Below, piece after piece: positions 23,201 through 36,000 of a stretch of DNA of 64,000 nucleotides. Within the stretch, counting starts at the first letter, position 1. Each line of letters opens with the position of its first letter. The notes beneath the pieces are model-generated. The model was given only the letters and a program-made list of their open reading frames with translations, did not search any database and was not told the origin of the DNA. Made by a program: the position numbers and the translations under genes. This DNA is from Takakia lepidozioides (taxonomy: Eukaryota > Plantae > Bryophyta): positions 6,076,001 to 6,140,000 of the forward strand of contig CM060732.1 of assembly GCA_030704615.1 (NCBI GenBank), given 5' to 3'.

Positions 23201-26200
23201 ATGACTTGTGGGCAGTCCAGAAACATCACTGTTTAAGGTGGCCGCACCTTTTATGTCCAGATTTGACATAACTCTGAAGTAAGTTTCTAGACTTGATGTC
23301 ATAATCATAGGTGCACCATATTAATTGGTTGCGATGTGCCTTACAAAAGTGGATTTGTATGCAGCTATTCACCAACTTTAGGAAGTGGCATGGCATCACT
23401 GTTTGAGGGTCATCACTTGGCTTTGCAGTACTTGGTGCCCAATCTTCTGAAGCTTTATGTTGACATTGAATTTACAGGCTCCCATACACAGGTAGCTCTG
23501 CTGACAGCAATGTTGGACCAAATATTTAGGGCCACTAGCAGCTGGGGTGTTGTTAATAGGTGGTTTCCTGTAAAAAGTTTTTCCTTTCCTTGATTGTGCC
23601 TGCCCAGTATATTTTTTCCCCTGGACTTAAGCGTCAACACTGTGTTCTTTCTGCCCAAGTCATGGTTTCGAGTGCCTCAGTCAGTCTGGTAGGCTGCAAG
23701 ATGCTCTGGGACACAATGAAAATGGTTAACTGAATGTGGATTAATGTAAGGTGAACTGAGAGGGCTTGTGATGATAAAGGTTCAAATGCACAGAAATGTA
23801 GCTGTACTGGTATGAATAGTTTTTCCTTCTTTGTTCAGAGGTATAGCTCCGTTGTAATCATTGCTGTTTTGCAGTTTTATGACAAGTTCAACATTCGACA
23901 CAATATCGCGGAGCTGTTGGAGTACCTGTGGCTTGTACCCAGTCATCACAATGCTTGGAAGCAGGTTGTTGAGAAGGACAATTGTTTTGGGTTTGCAAGC
24001 TTTAATAAAGAATATTATTTGACCTTAACAATCCTCTCAGCCTTTGGGTCCTCTCTACTAAGTTTGCTGCTTGCCAACTGAAGGAGCACTAATTGTTGAG
24101 AATGAAGCCCATGCATGGGCGCAGTTCGTTAATTTCATCTTCATTATGATGTAGTGCAAGCAATCCATGGCAGGCTCAGCTGTTCTCAACTGTAAGTTAC
24201 CCTGCAATGTCATTAGGCTTCTTAGAAATTGCACAGCTGTATTTGACTGCTGCTGCTCTGTGTGCCTGGTGATAGATTGCCATAACAGAAGAGAGGGGGT
24301 CTTACCTGAAGTTTCTGAATCTACTCATCAATGACAGCATCTTCCTGCTGGATGAAAGCTTGAAGAAGATTCCAGAACTCAAAGAGATGGAGGCAGAAAT
24401 GGCCAATGCAGCAGAGTGGAATCGTAGGTCACTGCAGGAGAGGCAGGAGCGAATGCGCCATTTTCACCAGCAAGAGCATGTGTGCTTTCCCTATTGTGTA
24501 TATAGTTTTATCTTTGCTGGTCTTGAATGGTATACTTATGAAGTTGTTAATGCTGCGTTTGTCATTGTCACAATCTTTCATCTGCCCTGAAGCAGTTTTA
24601 CTCCGTGTTGTAAGCCTGTAGCAAAGTGAGATTGGCTGGTGAATGCAGGTTGTGCGCATTGATATGACACTAGCAAATGAAGATGTGAAAATGCTGCAAT
24701 ACTCATCTGCAGAGATAACTGCACCATTCTTGCTCCCTGAGATGGTGTGCCTTTCTTTTTCTCTGATCTGTATCGAGCTCTTGCCGTAGGGGAAATTAAC
24801 CGTGTCTTGGAAATAGATAAGTAACAGACCTAAAGGCATAGTTTCATCTATATAAGCATTGTCACTGAGTTTAACATCAGCTCCAGAAGTGGTTAAAACT
24901 TGGTGTAACGTAGAATTAGCATGTTGGTCGAGTATCATACAATTTTCTCCAGGAATTAACGAAACAATGATTGATCAAACGGATCATGATGTGCTAATTT
25001 GGGATAAAGCTCTCCAATGCCTACTGCTTTTTCGTTCAAAATTTTGAGGGAGAACTTTCCTGATCAAGAACCTGCAATTGGGCTATATTGTTGAATGCCA
25101 CCAATGATTTTGAGACATGCATCACATTCCAGCCTTGTGGGGTCCATTTTGGACCTTGAGTGGACATTTCATGCTTGATTCAGAAGTACAAGTTATGGAG
25201 TTGGAAAAAGTGGTGCTTGTGTAGGAGCTTCTGTTCTCATATGTAGACTTTGGAGTGCGAGAAAGTATATAACCCACTGGACATGAAGAAGGTGGGCACG
25301 GCAGTGACTACATGATCTACCATTGATTGGCAGGTGGAGAGGATTGCGTTTATGCTAAACTACTTCCTGTTGCAGCTGGTTGGACCCCAACGCAAGGCCC
25401 TCAGGGTCAAAGATCCTGAAAAGTACGAGTTTAGGCCGAAAGAACTTCTTTCACAGGTACACATCTACAAAAGGTAGGAAACCAAAAGCAAATGTCTTAT
25501 TAGGTTTGCTGCTGGAGACTGGTGTGGACTTACCAGGTGCAGATTCAGTCACTTCTCTCCATGCTATTCAGATGATATTTTTGAGAAGGAATTATGATTA
25601 GGTTGTAGTGTGTGATCACGTTGACAGCAGAGTGTGGTACTGTCAGGTGCTATGAAGTGACAAACTTAAATATGAGCTTATTCTCGTCTTCTCTGTTTAA
25701 GTTCATCGCTGGGGTTGTGCTGGCTTGGCTGCTGGATGGAAGATTGTAGATATCTATGTACATCTGGAAAGAGGTGATGCTCAGGGGATGTTTGCAAAAG
25801 CAATTTCGAGCGATGGCCGGTCCTACCGGGAGGAGGTACCGCTCTTGATCTTTGCCTGTGTCCATCTGCTTTATGTTTATGCAGATGGTCTAATTTGGTA
25901 TGTGCTGCCATGTGCTCCATTTTACTGGCCAAGAGGCCTCTTTTTCTTGTCCTCCTCAAGGTAACTTCTTTTGCTTCAGTTGTTTTCAGAGGCAGCTGGA
26001 GTACTGCGACAAATAGGCAGACACCCAGTGCAGACGATTCAAGAGTTTGAACTTTTGGGTGCAAGAGCAAAAGCAGCAGCTACAGAAGCTATGGACACAG
26101 AGGCTTTACTTGGTGACATTCCTGAGGAGTTTCTGGACCCGATTCAGGTGCCTCCCTATTCCTCTTTCTTAATGTACCCCCTGAATTTCTCGTATGATAT

Positions 26201-26701
26201 ATTGTAAATATCTGTACTAGACGGTGATAATTATAGACATTAACTGACATTAGCTTTCTGATTTCACATGTGCAGTACACATTGATGAAAGATCCTGTCA
26301 TTTTGCCTTCCTCAAAGACGACTGTCGATCGCTCCACCATACAGAGGCATCTTCTAAGTGATCAGGTGTTGACAATGAAGGAACTGGTTGGTTGTTTTGA
26401 AGTTAGTATGCAGATGCTAATAGGATTATGCCTGCTGGATAGACTTCTTCCATATTAAATTACATAGATGTGGGTACGATGATGTTTTATGGATTGATTT
26501 GCCTGCTGGCCAGCCTCTCTTCATTAGCTGTAGTTGCTTGACCTTTTTCAAAGCTGAAAGCTATATCTTTACTAACGTCCTTTCCGTGTGGTGTTGCAGA
26601 CTGATCCATTCAACCGATCTCTGCTGACCTCTGATATGCTAGTACCTGACCTTGAGTTGAAGGCTAAGATAGAAGAATATTTATTGTCGCACCGAAGATA
26701 G
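17267..26701 (+). CDS. UFD2: U-box ubiquitin conjugation factor E4 (UFD2/UBE4/PUB1-like), 16 exons, 1028 aa
   Basis: Exons 17267-18123, 18420-18624, 18746-18897, 20685-20994, 22016-22168, 22631-22834, 23059-23171, 23365-23491, 23875-23964, 24276-24479, 24649-24744, 25334-25456, 25743-25835, 25980-26147, 26276-26365, 26600-26701. All introns are GT-AG and phases are consistent (3087 nt). Motifs include [30 protein letters not shown], and U-box [42 protein letters not shown]. Confidence 0.96.
19353..19371. repeat. (TA)n microsatellite in UFD2 intron 3
   Basis: Run of TA dinucleotides. Confidence 0.85.
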
Positions 26702-26963
26702 TAAATTTGCTAGTGTTGTACATTTTTCCTAGTAGGCTGGCACCGAGGATCCTAATGCAATGAATCGCGGACAAGGAATGGAAATTACACAGATTTATAT
26801 CAAGTCTGGCTATTCCTGGATTTGTCCTGCTCCCTGGAAATAAGCAAGCTTAGGGTTGGCAAAATCTCATCAATGGCACCACCCCCCAGTGCAAAGTGCA
26901 TCTTGAATGGGTCACTAGTTTTGTCCCAATTATAACAGTATTCAGAATTTACCAATCTCCTGT

Positions 26964-29900
26964 TGTCACCCGAACTGTGGGTACTGGTTTGCCAACTTCT
27001 CCTGCTACAATCTACCTAAATGGTAAATAAATAAGTCGGTCTTAAGAGGCACTTGAGCAAGTCCGCATTTCTTCCTTCAGGGTTCATGCAAATGTGGTAA
27101 TGCCCAAGCATGTGAATGTACTGAGATGAGTTATGTTGGGTAAGGCACAAGATCCGCCCGGCACGAGGGTCGCCGAGTGCCAGAGAACACCTGTCCCAGT
27201 GCCTTACCCGGCTCAAAGAAACAGCAAAAAACTCCCTTATGCCTGGACGGCTCCTATTGAATCTAAAGATGAGGTAAAGATGACTTTGGAAAGAAATTTA
27301 GGGTGAATTTTCGTCCCAGTGCTGTAAAGCTAGTCCCTCGACCCAGGGGATATTCCTGCTTCCTCTATGGGTCAGTCACAAATAGGGAGTGTGCCCTTGT
27401 AAAGCCTGCCTCACTAGAAGGGGGGAATCTCTCCACCGAGGACGTAAGGGTTTCCTCCAATCAACAGCAGCATTCAAGCATCACACCTTTACATCCATGC
27501 TCATCCAAGTACACAAGTTTAAGCACACAAAACACTGCAGGGAGCTCTCTTGCGCTCCATGATTATATATAAAATGCAAGCCAATCTGGACAGCCAGGTG
27601 GGTGATCCTTACAGGATCCCTTTGATTACATCTATTCCTTATCACACATCAGCGCCAGCTCGATGATGAGGTTACTGTTAACAAAGAACAAACCAGCTTG
27701 CTAAAATAGAATGGGTCTCTTAACAATAGCAACGGTGCAGCCACTTTATCATTAAACACAGGAACAGAAGGAATCAATCTCAAGGTCGAATGCAAGGCTT
27801 CACATATGTAAAGCTTCCCCGCGGCACCAGTAGCGAGCTCCAGCGAGCACGAAATTTCATCCCCGAGGCAAAAGCCAAACCAAACCACACAAATGCCAAG
27901 GCAAATATAACCTCTAGCTAGCTATATCGCATCTGACATGAAAGGGATGAAAAAACCTGCGAGGAAAAACCTTACTCTGCAAAGTGGGTGAAGGACAAAA
28001 CCCTCATGCAAGAAAAACCCCAGTCATGTTCCATTTGTGATGCCTAGGCTATCGCGAAATGCAAGGTTTTTAGCCCACAGCTTCATCATCTCTCCATACC
28101 GAATACTAGAAAGCCACACATTGTCTATGCATGGAGCACTCAACCAAAATCAAAACACATGTAATTAGTCTGAAAAGGTGCTAACAAAAAGTTGCCCTAA
28201 AGACAACCAAGGACACCTCACCTGCACTCATGAACAGACAACAATTAGTAGACAGATCTACCTTCTACATTCAAACAAGTCAAATCAAAGACAAGTTTGC
28301 AATGTAGCAGACAATCCACATAAACCGAATGAGTAAGGACTGGAACAGATTCATGTTGAGGTAGTAAGAGGTACTGTCTTCCATGCAGCTTCTCCACTAT
28401 GAGGTAAGGGCCTTCAATTCATTTCGCAACTTTGGAGACAATCTTCATACGGACACATACTGATTGCCCCTGCAAGAACTCCTCCGAGTACCATACTCTG
28501 CAATTATAATTTCTAGCTTGAACACATTGGGCAACATTGTTTCTAGTTTCATGCGCTTAGCTTGCATGTCAACAAGAATTCACAGGTTTTGAGGCAGAGG
28601 TCACCAAAGGAGTATCCTGAATTGGGGTTCGAGCAGGCCTGCCGTATAGCAACTCAAAGGGAGATACCTTAGTGTTGGAATGCACAGAAGTCCGATAAGC
28701 AAAGATCAACACAGGCAGAGCAGTGTCCCATTCCCCCAAGAGCAGACCATTCTTTTCCAACATAGCACACATTGTTTTGTTGAATCTTTCAGTTAACCCA
28801 TTGCACTGGGGGTGATAGGGGGCAGTAGTACGATGTTTCACCCCCCATATTGAAACACACAATCTCCATCCTGAAGCTTATTACAGAATTTTGTCCCTTG
28901 ATCAGTCAGAATTTCGGAAGGGCATCCATGGCGTAGGATAATCTCATTGAAAAAGAATTGAGCCACCGCATCTGCATCGTTAGCAACCAATGGTTGAACC
29001 TCAACCCACTTTGTTAGATACTCCGTTGCTACTGCAATGTAGGAGTGGCCCTTAACAGTGGTTTGCAATGGTCCAACGAGATCTAAGCCCACTCCAGCAA
29101 AGGGAATGCTCACAGGAATAGGCTGTAGCGGAATTGAAGGACGACCCCTAGGGAGCAGAATTTTAGCATGGCATTCAACGCACTTTGATATGAATTTAGA
29201 AACGTCTTTGGTCATACCCTTCCAACAGTAGACTTCTTGTAATCGTTTAATGGTACGTGTCACTCACAAGTGACCCGCATAAGCCAAAGCATGAAAGAGT
29301 TGAAGCAATGTTGGGATTGAACTTCTACAAGGAACCTCCATAGCATGAGTGAGACCTTCCAATACAATTTGTTTGAACAACTTTCCTTCACGTTCCTCAT
29401 AATAGGGAAAATGATAGGTAACTTGCCTTTAAAGAGTCTTGGCAATGCCAGAGAGCTGAGTGTTGGTCTTGCACTTATGGAGGGCTTCATGTAAGCTATC
29501 ATCCATGGCTGATCTAGACATGACCGCACAACAACGGGTTAGTTACAGGATAGCAGGAGTGTCCGCCTCTATGATCTCATGTATGTCTTCCTGGACCACA
29601 TTCTGCGTGAATCAATGAAGCATGGTCATAATGTACCAGTTCCCATGGAAACAATGCAAAAAAGAAGAGCTTTATGCTAAAAGCAGTAAGCTACTAAAGA
29701 GGGAAGAACAGAACCTGGGCTCTAAGGCAAAACAGGCTATTGCACACTCCAACACATATGATTAGTCTAACCAGCAGCAAATTAGTGGATGAGATCCCAG
29801 CTAGACAATAGGTCCATAGGACAAGGAGTCTCATCAAAAAGATGTAGCAACACATGATCACCACATGGGAAAGCAGCTGATGAGGAGAGGCCTGCTGGGA

Positions 29901-31800
29901 CACACACAGGTCATCAAGCGTGAGGTAGGGAGTGGGCACCTTGGTCTCACTTCTGGTCAAGTTATCAACATGGATGTTTTCCTTACATTTCTTGTAGACC
30001 ACATCATATTCAAAACCTTGTAATATAAGAGACCAACGAGCCAACCTACCAGATAACTCACAGCCATGCAAATATTGCCTAAAATGCTTGATCCCGAAGA
30101 TGACTGCTAAGCCTTCTTTATTAGTGATACTATAATTCCTTTCATGCTTATCCAACCACCTCGAGGCATAAGCCACTACGTGCTCCTTGCCTTCCTTCTG
30201 TTGACTCAAGATGGCTGAAATAGCCAAGTCACTAGCGCCAGTTTGAAGCAAAAATGGTAAGGTAAGAGTCAGGATAGATAAGCACGGGCAGTCGTAAGGG
30301 CCATTTTTAATTTTTCAAAGGCTTGAGCTTCAGACTTAGTCCACTGGAATCTGACCTCTTTACAAAGCAGCCGAAACATAGGACCAGCCATTTTGGCAAA
30401 CAGATGGATAAAACGCCTATAATAAGATGCAAGACCAAAAAAGGCACGAAGGCAGTGTTTGTCTCTAGGAATAGGAAAATCACAGACAACTTGTACCTTG
30501 CCAAATCTAGCTTGATTCCATATGACCCATAAATCTGAGTTCTGCCATGCAAATATCACATTTCTTTGCCTTAATTTTCAGTCCCGCTGCTCTGAGCCTA
30601 CAGAAAACCCTTTGAAGATCCAGCAGGTGAGAATAAAAAATAGAAGAGTAAACATTAATGTCATCGACATAAACCAAGGCACATTCCCACTTGAGGTTGC
30701 CAAGAACCACATCCATTAATTGTTGAAACGTCGTGGCCCGGTGGCGTTGCAAAGGCCAAATGGCACAGTTTAGAATTGAAACAATATTCCATACTTACAG
30801 TGAAGGTCGTCTTGTGTTTGGAGGCTTCTGTCAAAGGAACCTGCCAGAATCCAGCAGCTAGATCCACGATGAAAAGATGGTGGCACCATTGAGTTGGTCC
30901 AAGGTCTCATGAGTACGTGGTAAGGGATAAACATCCTTTTTGGTCATGGCATTGAGACAACCAAAATCAACACAAAACCTAGTGGATCCATCCTTTTTGG
31001 CAACTAGGACAATGGGACTGGCCCAGGGGGAAATATAAGGTTTGAGAACACCTGCGTCCAACATTTTTTTTATCTCCTCTTGCATCACAGCACGTTTCCT
31101 GACGGACTCTCTATACGCATACTGCTTAACAGGCTTACCCTTTGTGATAATGTCATGTTGCAGGATTTCTGTTCTGCCTAGATCATGTGATCCTTGACTG
31201 AACACCGCAAGGTTCCTACGCAACAATAAGTGCAGCTTTACCTTCTGCAGGTCAATGGGCTCACCAGTTTTGACTTCAGAAATAACTTGCTAAATGTGAG
31301 CTTCATGTTCATGACTCAGATCTGTCTCCTGCTGAACCGCTGCATGGCTAGCCAGGGCCACTAATTGATCCACAAGGTCATCCACTAAGCCAATGTCTCC
31401 AAAATGAACAGCTGTCTCAACAGAAGATATTTTAGCAGTAGGCAAAGCTGTGAGTCTGGCTAGAACTTGATCTTTACGAATTTGAATAGACATTTGTTTA
31501 GGGTTAGCAATAAGTAATCAAACCTCGACAACCAAGTTGTAGCCCAGTGGTAATGGGCACATACCACCTCGGAAGTGGTTGTGGGTTCAATCCATCAATT
31601 GGTGTCACAAAGGTGTCCACCTTCCTGCTAGAAGGCAGTAGCCCTTCGGGGTCCAGAGACACCGTAAGTTACGCTTCCTTCGGAAGGCATCATACTTTTA
31701 CTTTACTTAATCGAACCTCACCTCTGAAGCCTCGATCTGAACCCGATCTGAAGCCACAAAACATTGCTTTTGCAAGGATAATCTCTTCCATCCCTCAATC
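26964..31800 (-). mobile_element. Degenerate Ty3/gypsy retrotransposon (RT-RNaseH-integrase plus 3' non-coding/LTR-like region), gag missing
   Basis: RT SPWASPIVLVAKKDGSTRFCVDF, DLAAGFWQV, LVYVDDINV (31000-30600). RNaseH LQTGASDLAISAILSQ..VVAYASR (30250-30000). Integrase VGLDLVGPL, ILTDQG, TTAPYHPQCNGLTERFN (29260-28600), in gypsy order. The putative LTR terminus TGTCAC at 26964 is uncertain. Confidence 0.9.
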
Positions 31801-32062
31801 TCCGTAAACTGTCCACTATAACTTTTAAAATTACAGTAGAGGACAGGTCAAATCTGTTTTGCACAATGATTGGTTGGTCGTTTTTGTTTCACCAGATTTC
31901 CAATTCGGCATTTTGATCAGCCTCTAGTGTGCAGGTTATCTATGCATTAGGCGTTTCTTGTGTCAGGTTGCTGACCCTGTTTGAGTGACAATTTACACAC
32001 TGAAGGGGAGAGGGAGTAAGAGAGACTTCGCATCTGACACAGATATCTTTGGACTGGGAATC

Positions 32063-32960
32063 AGTCTGGTTCATGCATATTCCATGGCTCGTGACATGCG
32101 GGGAGCAGTAGCTTGTGTGGAGGGGATGGAGGCTGAAGGGGTTGCATCAAATGTGGCCATACTCTTGTGTCCTTATTTCTGGATTCGCCAAAGTTGGCAA
32201 TTCTGAGTATATGCTCACTCCCTCACCCTTCCACTGTAGCTGGTCATCCACAACAAGACATTAGATGCCTACTTTTTTTGCTTGATTATATACGCGACAA
32301 CCTCTCAGATGTTGCCCTCAGCCTTTGCCTATAAAATGGACATGAAGGACCTCCACGCATCCATTCAATTGTTATGACGGTCGATGCTTACAACTCAAGC
32401 AAAAATTCATGTAGATCTTCGACTGATTGCACAGCTCCAACTTATGCCCAAACACATCTGCTGGGAATATGTGGATGATGGCGGTTTTGGTGTGTTTGGG
32501 GATGTGGAAAGTGCTGCAGAACACTGGTTTCAGAGAGCAAAGAGTGAGGGCACACTGGTATGCCATTCTCCATCTTTTTCATGTAATCCTAATGTTTTGC
32601 GCTTTTGTATGCAGGAGCAAGTGTGCATCTTGATGTCTTAGATTCTATCTTTTCTTTCTCTTGTGTTGGTTATCTTTACCCGTACTGAGCATTTTTGTCT
32701 GGCTGAAAGTTGCTTTGTTGTCTTCTTTCATGGAAAACTTAGAATGGCAGTGTCAGGTTAGAATACGGGAGGCAGTATGATGATACAAGACGCTGGGATG
32801 TGGCAGCAAGGTGGGCAATATGAATAGGGCTGAAGCTTTGGTAGCAGAGAGGGAGGATGAAGGTCTTGAGACTACCCTGGGTCTCTTCAACATAATGATG
32901 GATGGGTATGCACATGCTCGTCAGGAATCTAAGTGCCTCACCCTTTTTCGCCGAATGCAG
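32063..32960 (+). pseudogene. Three exon remnants of a P-class chloroplast PPR gene (PPR4/At5g04810-like) with introns
   Basis: SLVHAYSMARDMRGAVACVEGMEAEG (32063-32206), AAEHWFQRAKSE (about 32511-32550) and KVGNMNRAEALVAEREDEGLETTLGLFNIMMDGYAH (32806-32960). They are collinear with my recollection of PPR4. Confidence 0.7.
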
Positions 32961-33059
32961 GCAAGCCATAAACCACTTTCTGTTTCCTTGTGACTCACGA
33001 TAGTTTCCTTCAGTAGCATCCATATGTTGCATACGTCAGAGACTTTCTCCAAGAAATGC

Positions 33060-36000
33060 AAATGGAGTGTTTGACAGTATGGCTGAACGTGATGTGGTGT
33101 CGTGGAGTGTGATGATTGCAAGATATGCACAGCAAGGGTTCAGGATGGAGGCTTTGGAGACCTATGAGCAAATGATGTGCGAAGGGCTTCTACCAAATGT
33201 GGGTGCATTAAGGATGTGAAGGGAGTTTTTGACAGTATGGCTGAATGAGATGTGGTGTCGTGGAGGACGATGCTTGCAGGATATGCACAGCAAGGGCGCG
33301 GGATGGAGGCGTTGGAGACCTATGAGCAAATGATGGGGAAGGGGTGAAGCCCGACCGCCTAATGTTTGTTTGCATTTGCAATGCATGTGCAAGCCTGGCA
33401 GCTCTGGAAAGGTGCAAGGTGGTCCACGGTGATATCGTCACATCTGGAATTGTACCCAATGTCATTCTGAACACTGCCCTGCTGGACATGTATGTCAAAT
33501 GTGAGTGCATCGAGGATGCAAAGGGAGTTTTCGTGGCTGAAGGAGATGTGGTGTCGTGGAGGGCGATGATTGCAGACTATGCACAGCAAGGGCGCGGGAT
33601 GGAGGCTTCGAGACCTATGAGCAATTGATGTGCGAAGGGGTGAAGCCCAACCGCATAACGTTTGTTTGCATTTGCAATGCGTGTGCAAGCCTGGCAGCCC
33701 TGGAAAGGTGCAATGAGGTCCATGGTGACATCGTCAAAGCTGATTTGTACCAGATGTCATCCTGAACACAGCCCTGCTGGACATGTATGTCAAATGTGAG
33801 TGCATCGAGGATGCAAAGGGAGTTTTCGACAGTATGGCTGAAAGAAATGTGGTGTCGTGGAGGGCGATGATTGCAGGATATGCACAGCAAGGGGCGGGAT
33901 GGAGGCTTCGGAGACCTATGAGCAAATGATGGGGGAAGGGGTGAAGCCAGACCGCATAACGTTTGTTTGCATTTGCAATGCGTATGCAAGTCTGGCAGCC
34001 CTGGAAAGCTGCAAAGTGGTCCATGGTGACATCGTCACATCTGGAATTGTACCCAATGTCATTCTGAACACTGCCCTACTGGACATGTATGTCAAATGTG
34101 AGTGCATCGAGGATGCAAAGGGAGTTTTCGACAGTATGGCTGAAGGAGATGTGGTGTCGTGGAGGGCGATGATTGCAGAATATGCACAGCAAGGGCGCGG
34201 GATGGAGGCGTTGGAGACCTATGAGCAATTGATGTGCGAAGGGGTGAAGCCCAACCGCATAACGTTTTTTTGCATTTGCAATGCGTGTGCAAGCCTGGCA
34301 GCTTTGGAAAGGTGCAATGAGGTCCATGCAGGTGACATCGTCAAAGTTGGATTTGTACCAGATGTCATCCTGAACACTGCCCTGCTGGACATGTATGTCA
34401 AATGTGAGTGCATCGAGGATGCAAAGGGAGTGTTCGACAGTATGGCTGAAAGAAATGTGGTGTCGTGGAGTGCGATGATTGCAGGATATGCACAGCAAGG
34501 GGCGGGATGGAGGCTTTGGAGACCTATGAGCAATTGATGTGCGAAAAGGTGAAGCCTAACCACATCACATTTGTTTGCGTTTGCAATGCTTGTGCAAGCC
34601 TGGCAGCCCTGGAAAGGTGCAATGAGGTCCATGGTGACATCGTCAAAGCTGGATTTGTACCAGATGTCATCCTGAACACTGCCCTGCTGGACCTGTATGT
34701 CAAATGTGAGTGCATCGAGGATGCAAAGGGAGTGTTCAACAGGATGACTGAACGAAATGTGGTGTCGTGGAATTCAATGATCGCAGGATATGCCCAGCAT
34801 GGTTGTCATGGCGCCAAAAGTTTTTCTACTCGACACCCTTGTCAACATGTATCTTAAGTGCGGGAGCATCATGGATGCTCATCAAGTGTTCAACAGAATG
34901 CTTCAACGATCTTTGATCACGTGGAATATAATGTTGGCTGGATTCACCAAGCACGGGTGTGGTATGAATGCTTTGGAGACCTATGAGCATGCTGCTCAAA
35001 GGGGTGAAGCCCAACCACATCACATTTGTTTGTGTTTACAATGCGTGTGCAAGCGGGGGAGCTCTGGAAAAGGGGAAAGAGGTCCATGGTGACATCGTCA
35101 AAGCTGGAATTGTACTAGATGTCATTCTGCAAACTGCTCTGGTGGACATGTATGCCAAATGTGGGTGCATTAAGGATGCGAAGGGAGTTTTCAACACTAT
35201 GGCTGAACGAGATGTGGTGCCATTGGACGCGATGCTTGCAGGGTATGCACAGCAAGAACGTGGTATGGAGGCTTTAGAGACTTATGAACAAATGATGGGA
35301 GAAGGGGTGAAGCCGACCACATCATGTTTGGGTGCGTTTGCAATGCGTGTGCAAGCCTGGCAGTTAAAGGGGCAAAGAGGTCCATGGCGACATCTTCAGA
35401 GCTGGAATTGTACCAGATTTCATTCTGAACAATACCCTGGTGGACATGTTTGCAAAATGTGGGTGCATCTAGGACGCAATGGGAGTGTTCAACACTATGG
35501 CTGAACAAGATGTGGCGTCGTGCAAGCCTGGCAGCCCTAGAGAAGGGCAAAGAGGTGCATGGGGATATCGTCAAAGCTGGAATTGTACCAAATGTCATTC
35601 TAAACACTGCCCTGGCAGCTCTAGAAAAGGGGAAAGAGGTGCATGGTTGCATCACCAAAGCTGGAATTGTACCAGCTGTGATTCTGAACAATACCCTCGT
35701 GGACATGTATGCAAAATGTGGGAGCATTGAGGATGCGGAGGGAGTGTTTGACAGTATGGCTGAACGAGATTTGGTGTCATGGAACGCCGTGCTTGCAGGA
35801 TATGCACAACAGGGGCGCGGGATGGAGGCCTGGGAGACCTATGAGCAAATGATGGGGGAAGGGGTAAAGTGCAACCACATCACGTTGTGTGCGTTTGCAA
35901 TGCCTGTGCAAGCCTGGCAGCCCTGGAAAATGGCAAAGAGGTGCATGATGACATCCTCAAAGCTGGAATTGTACCAAATGTCATTCTGGACACTCCCTGG

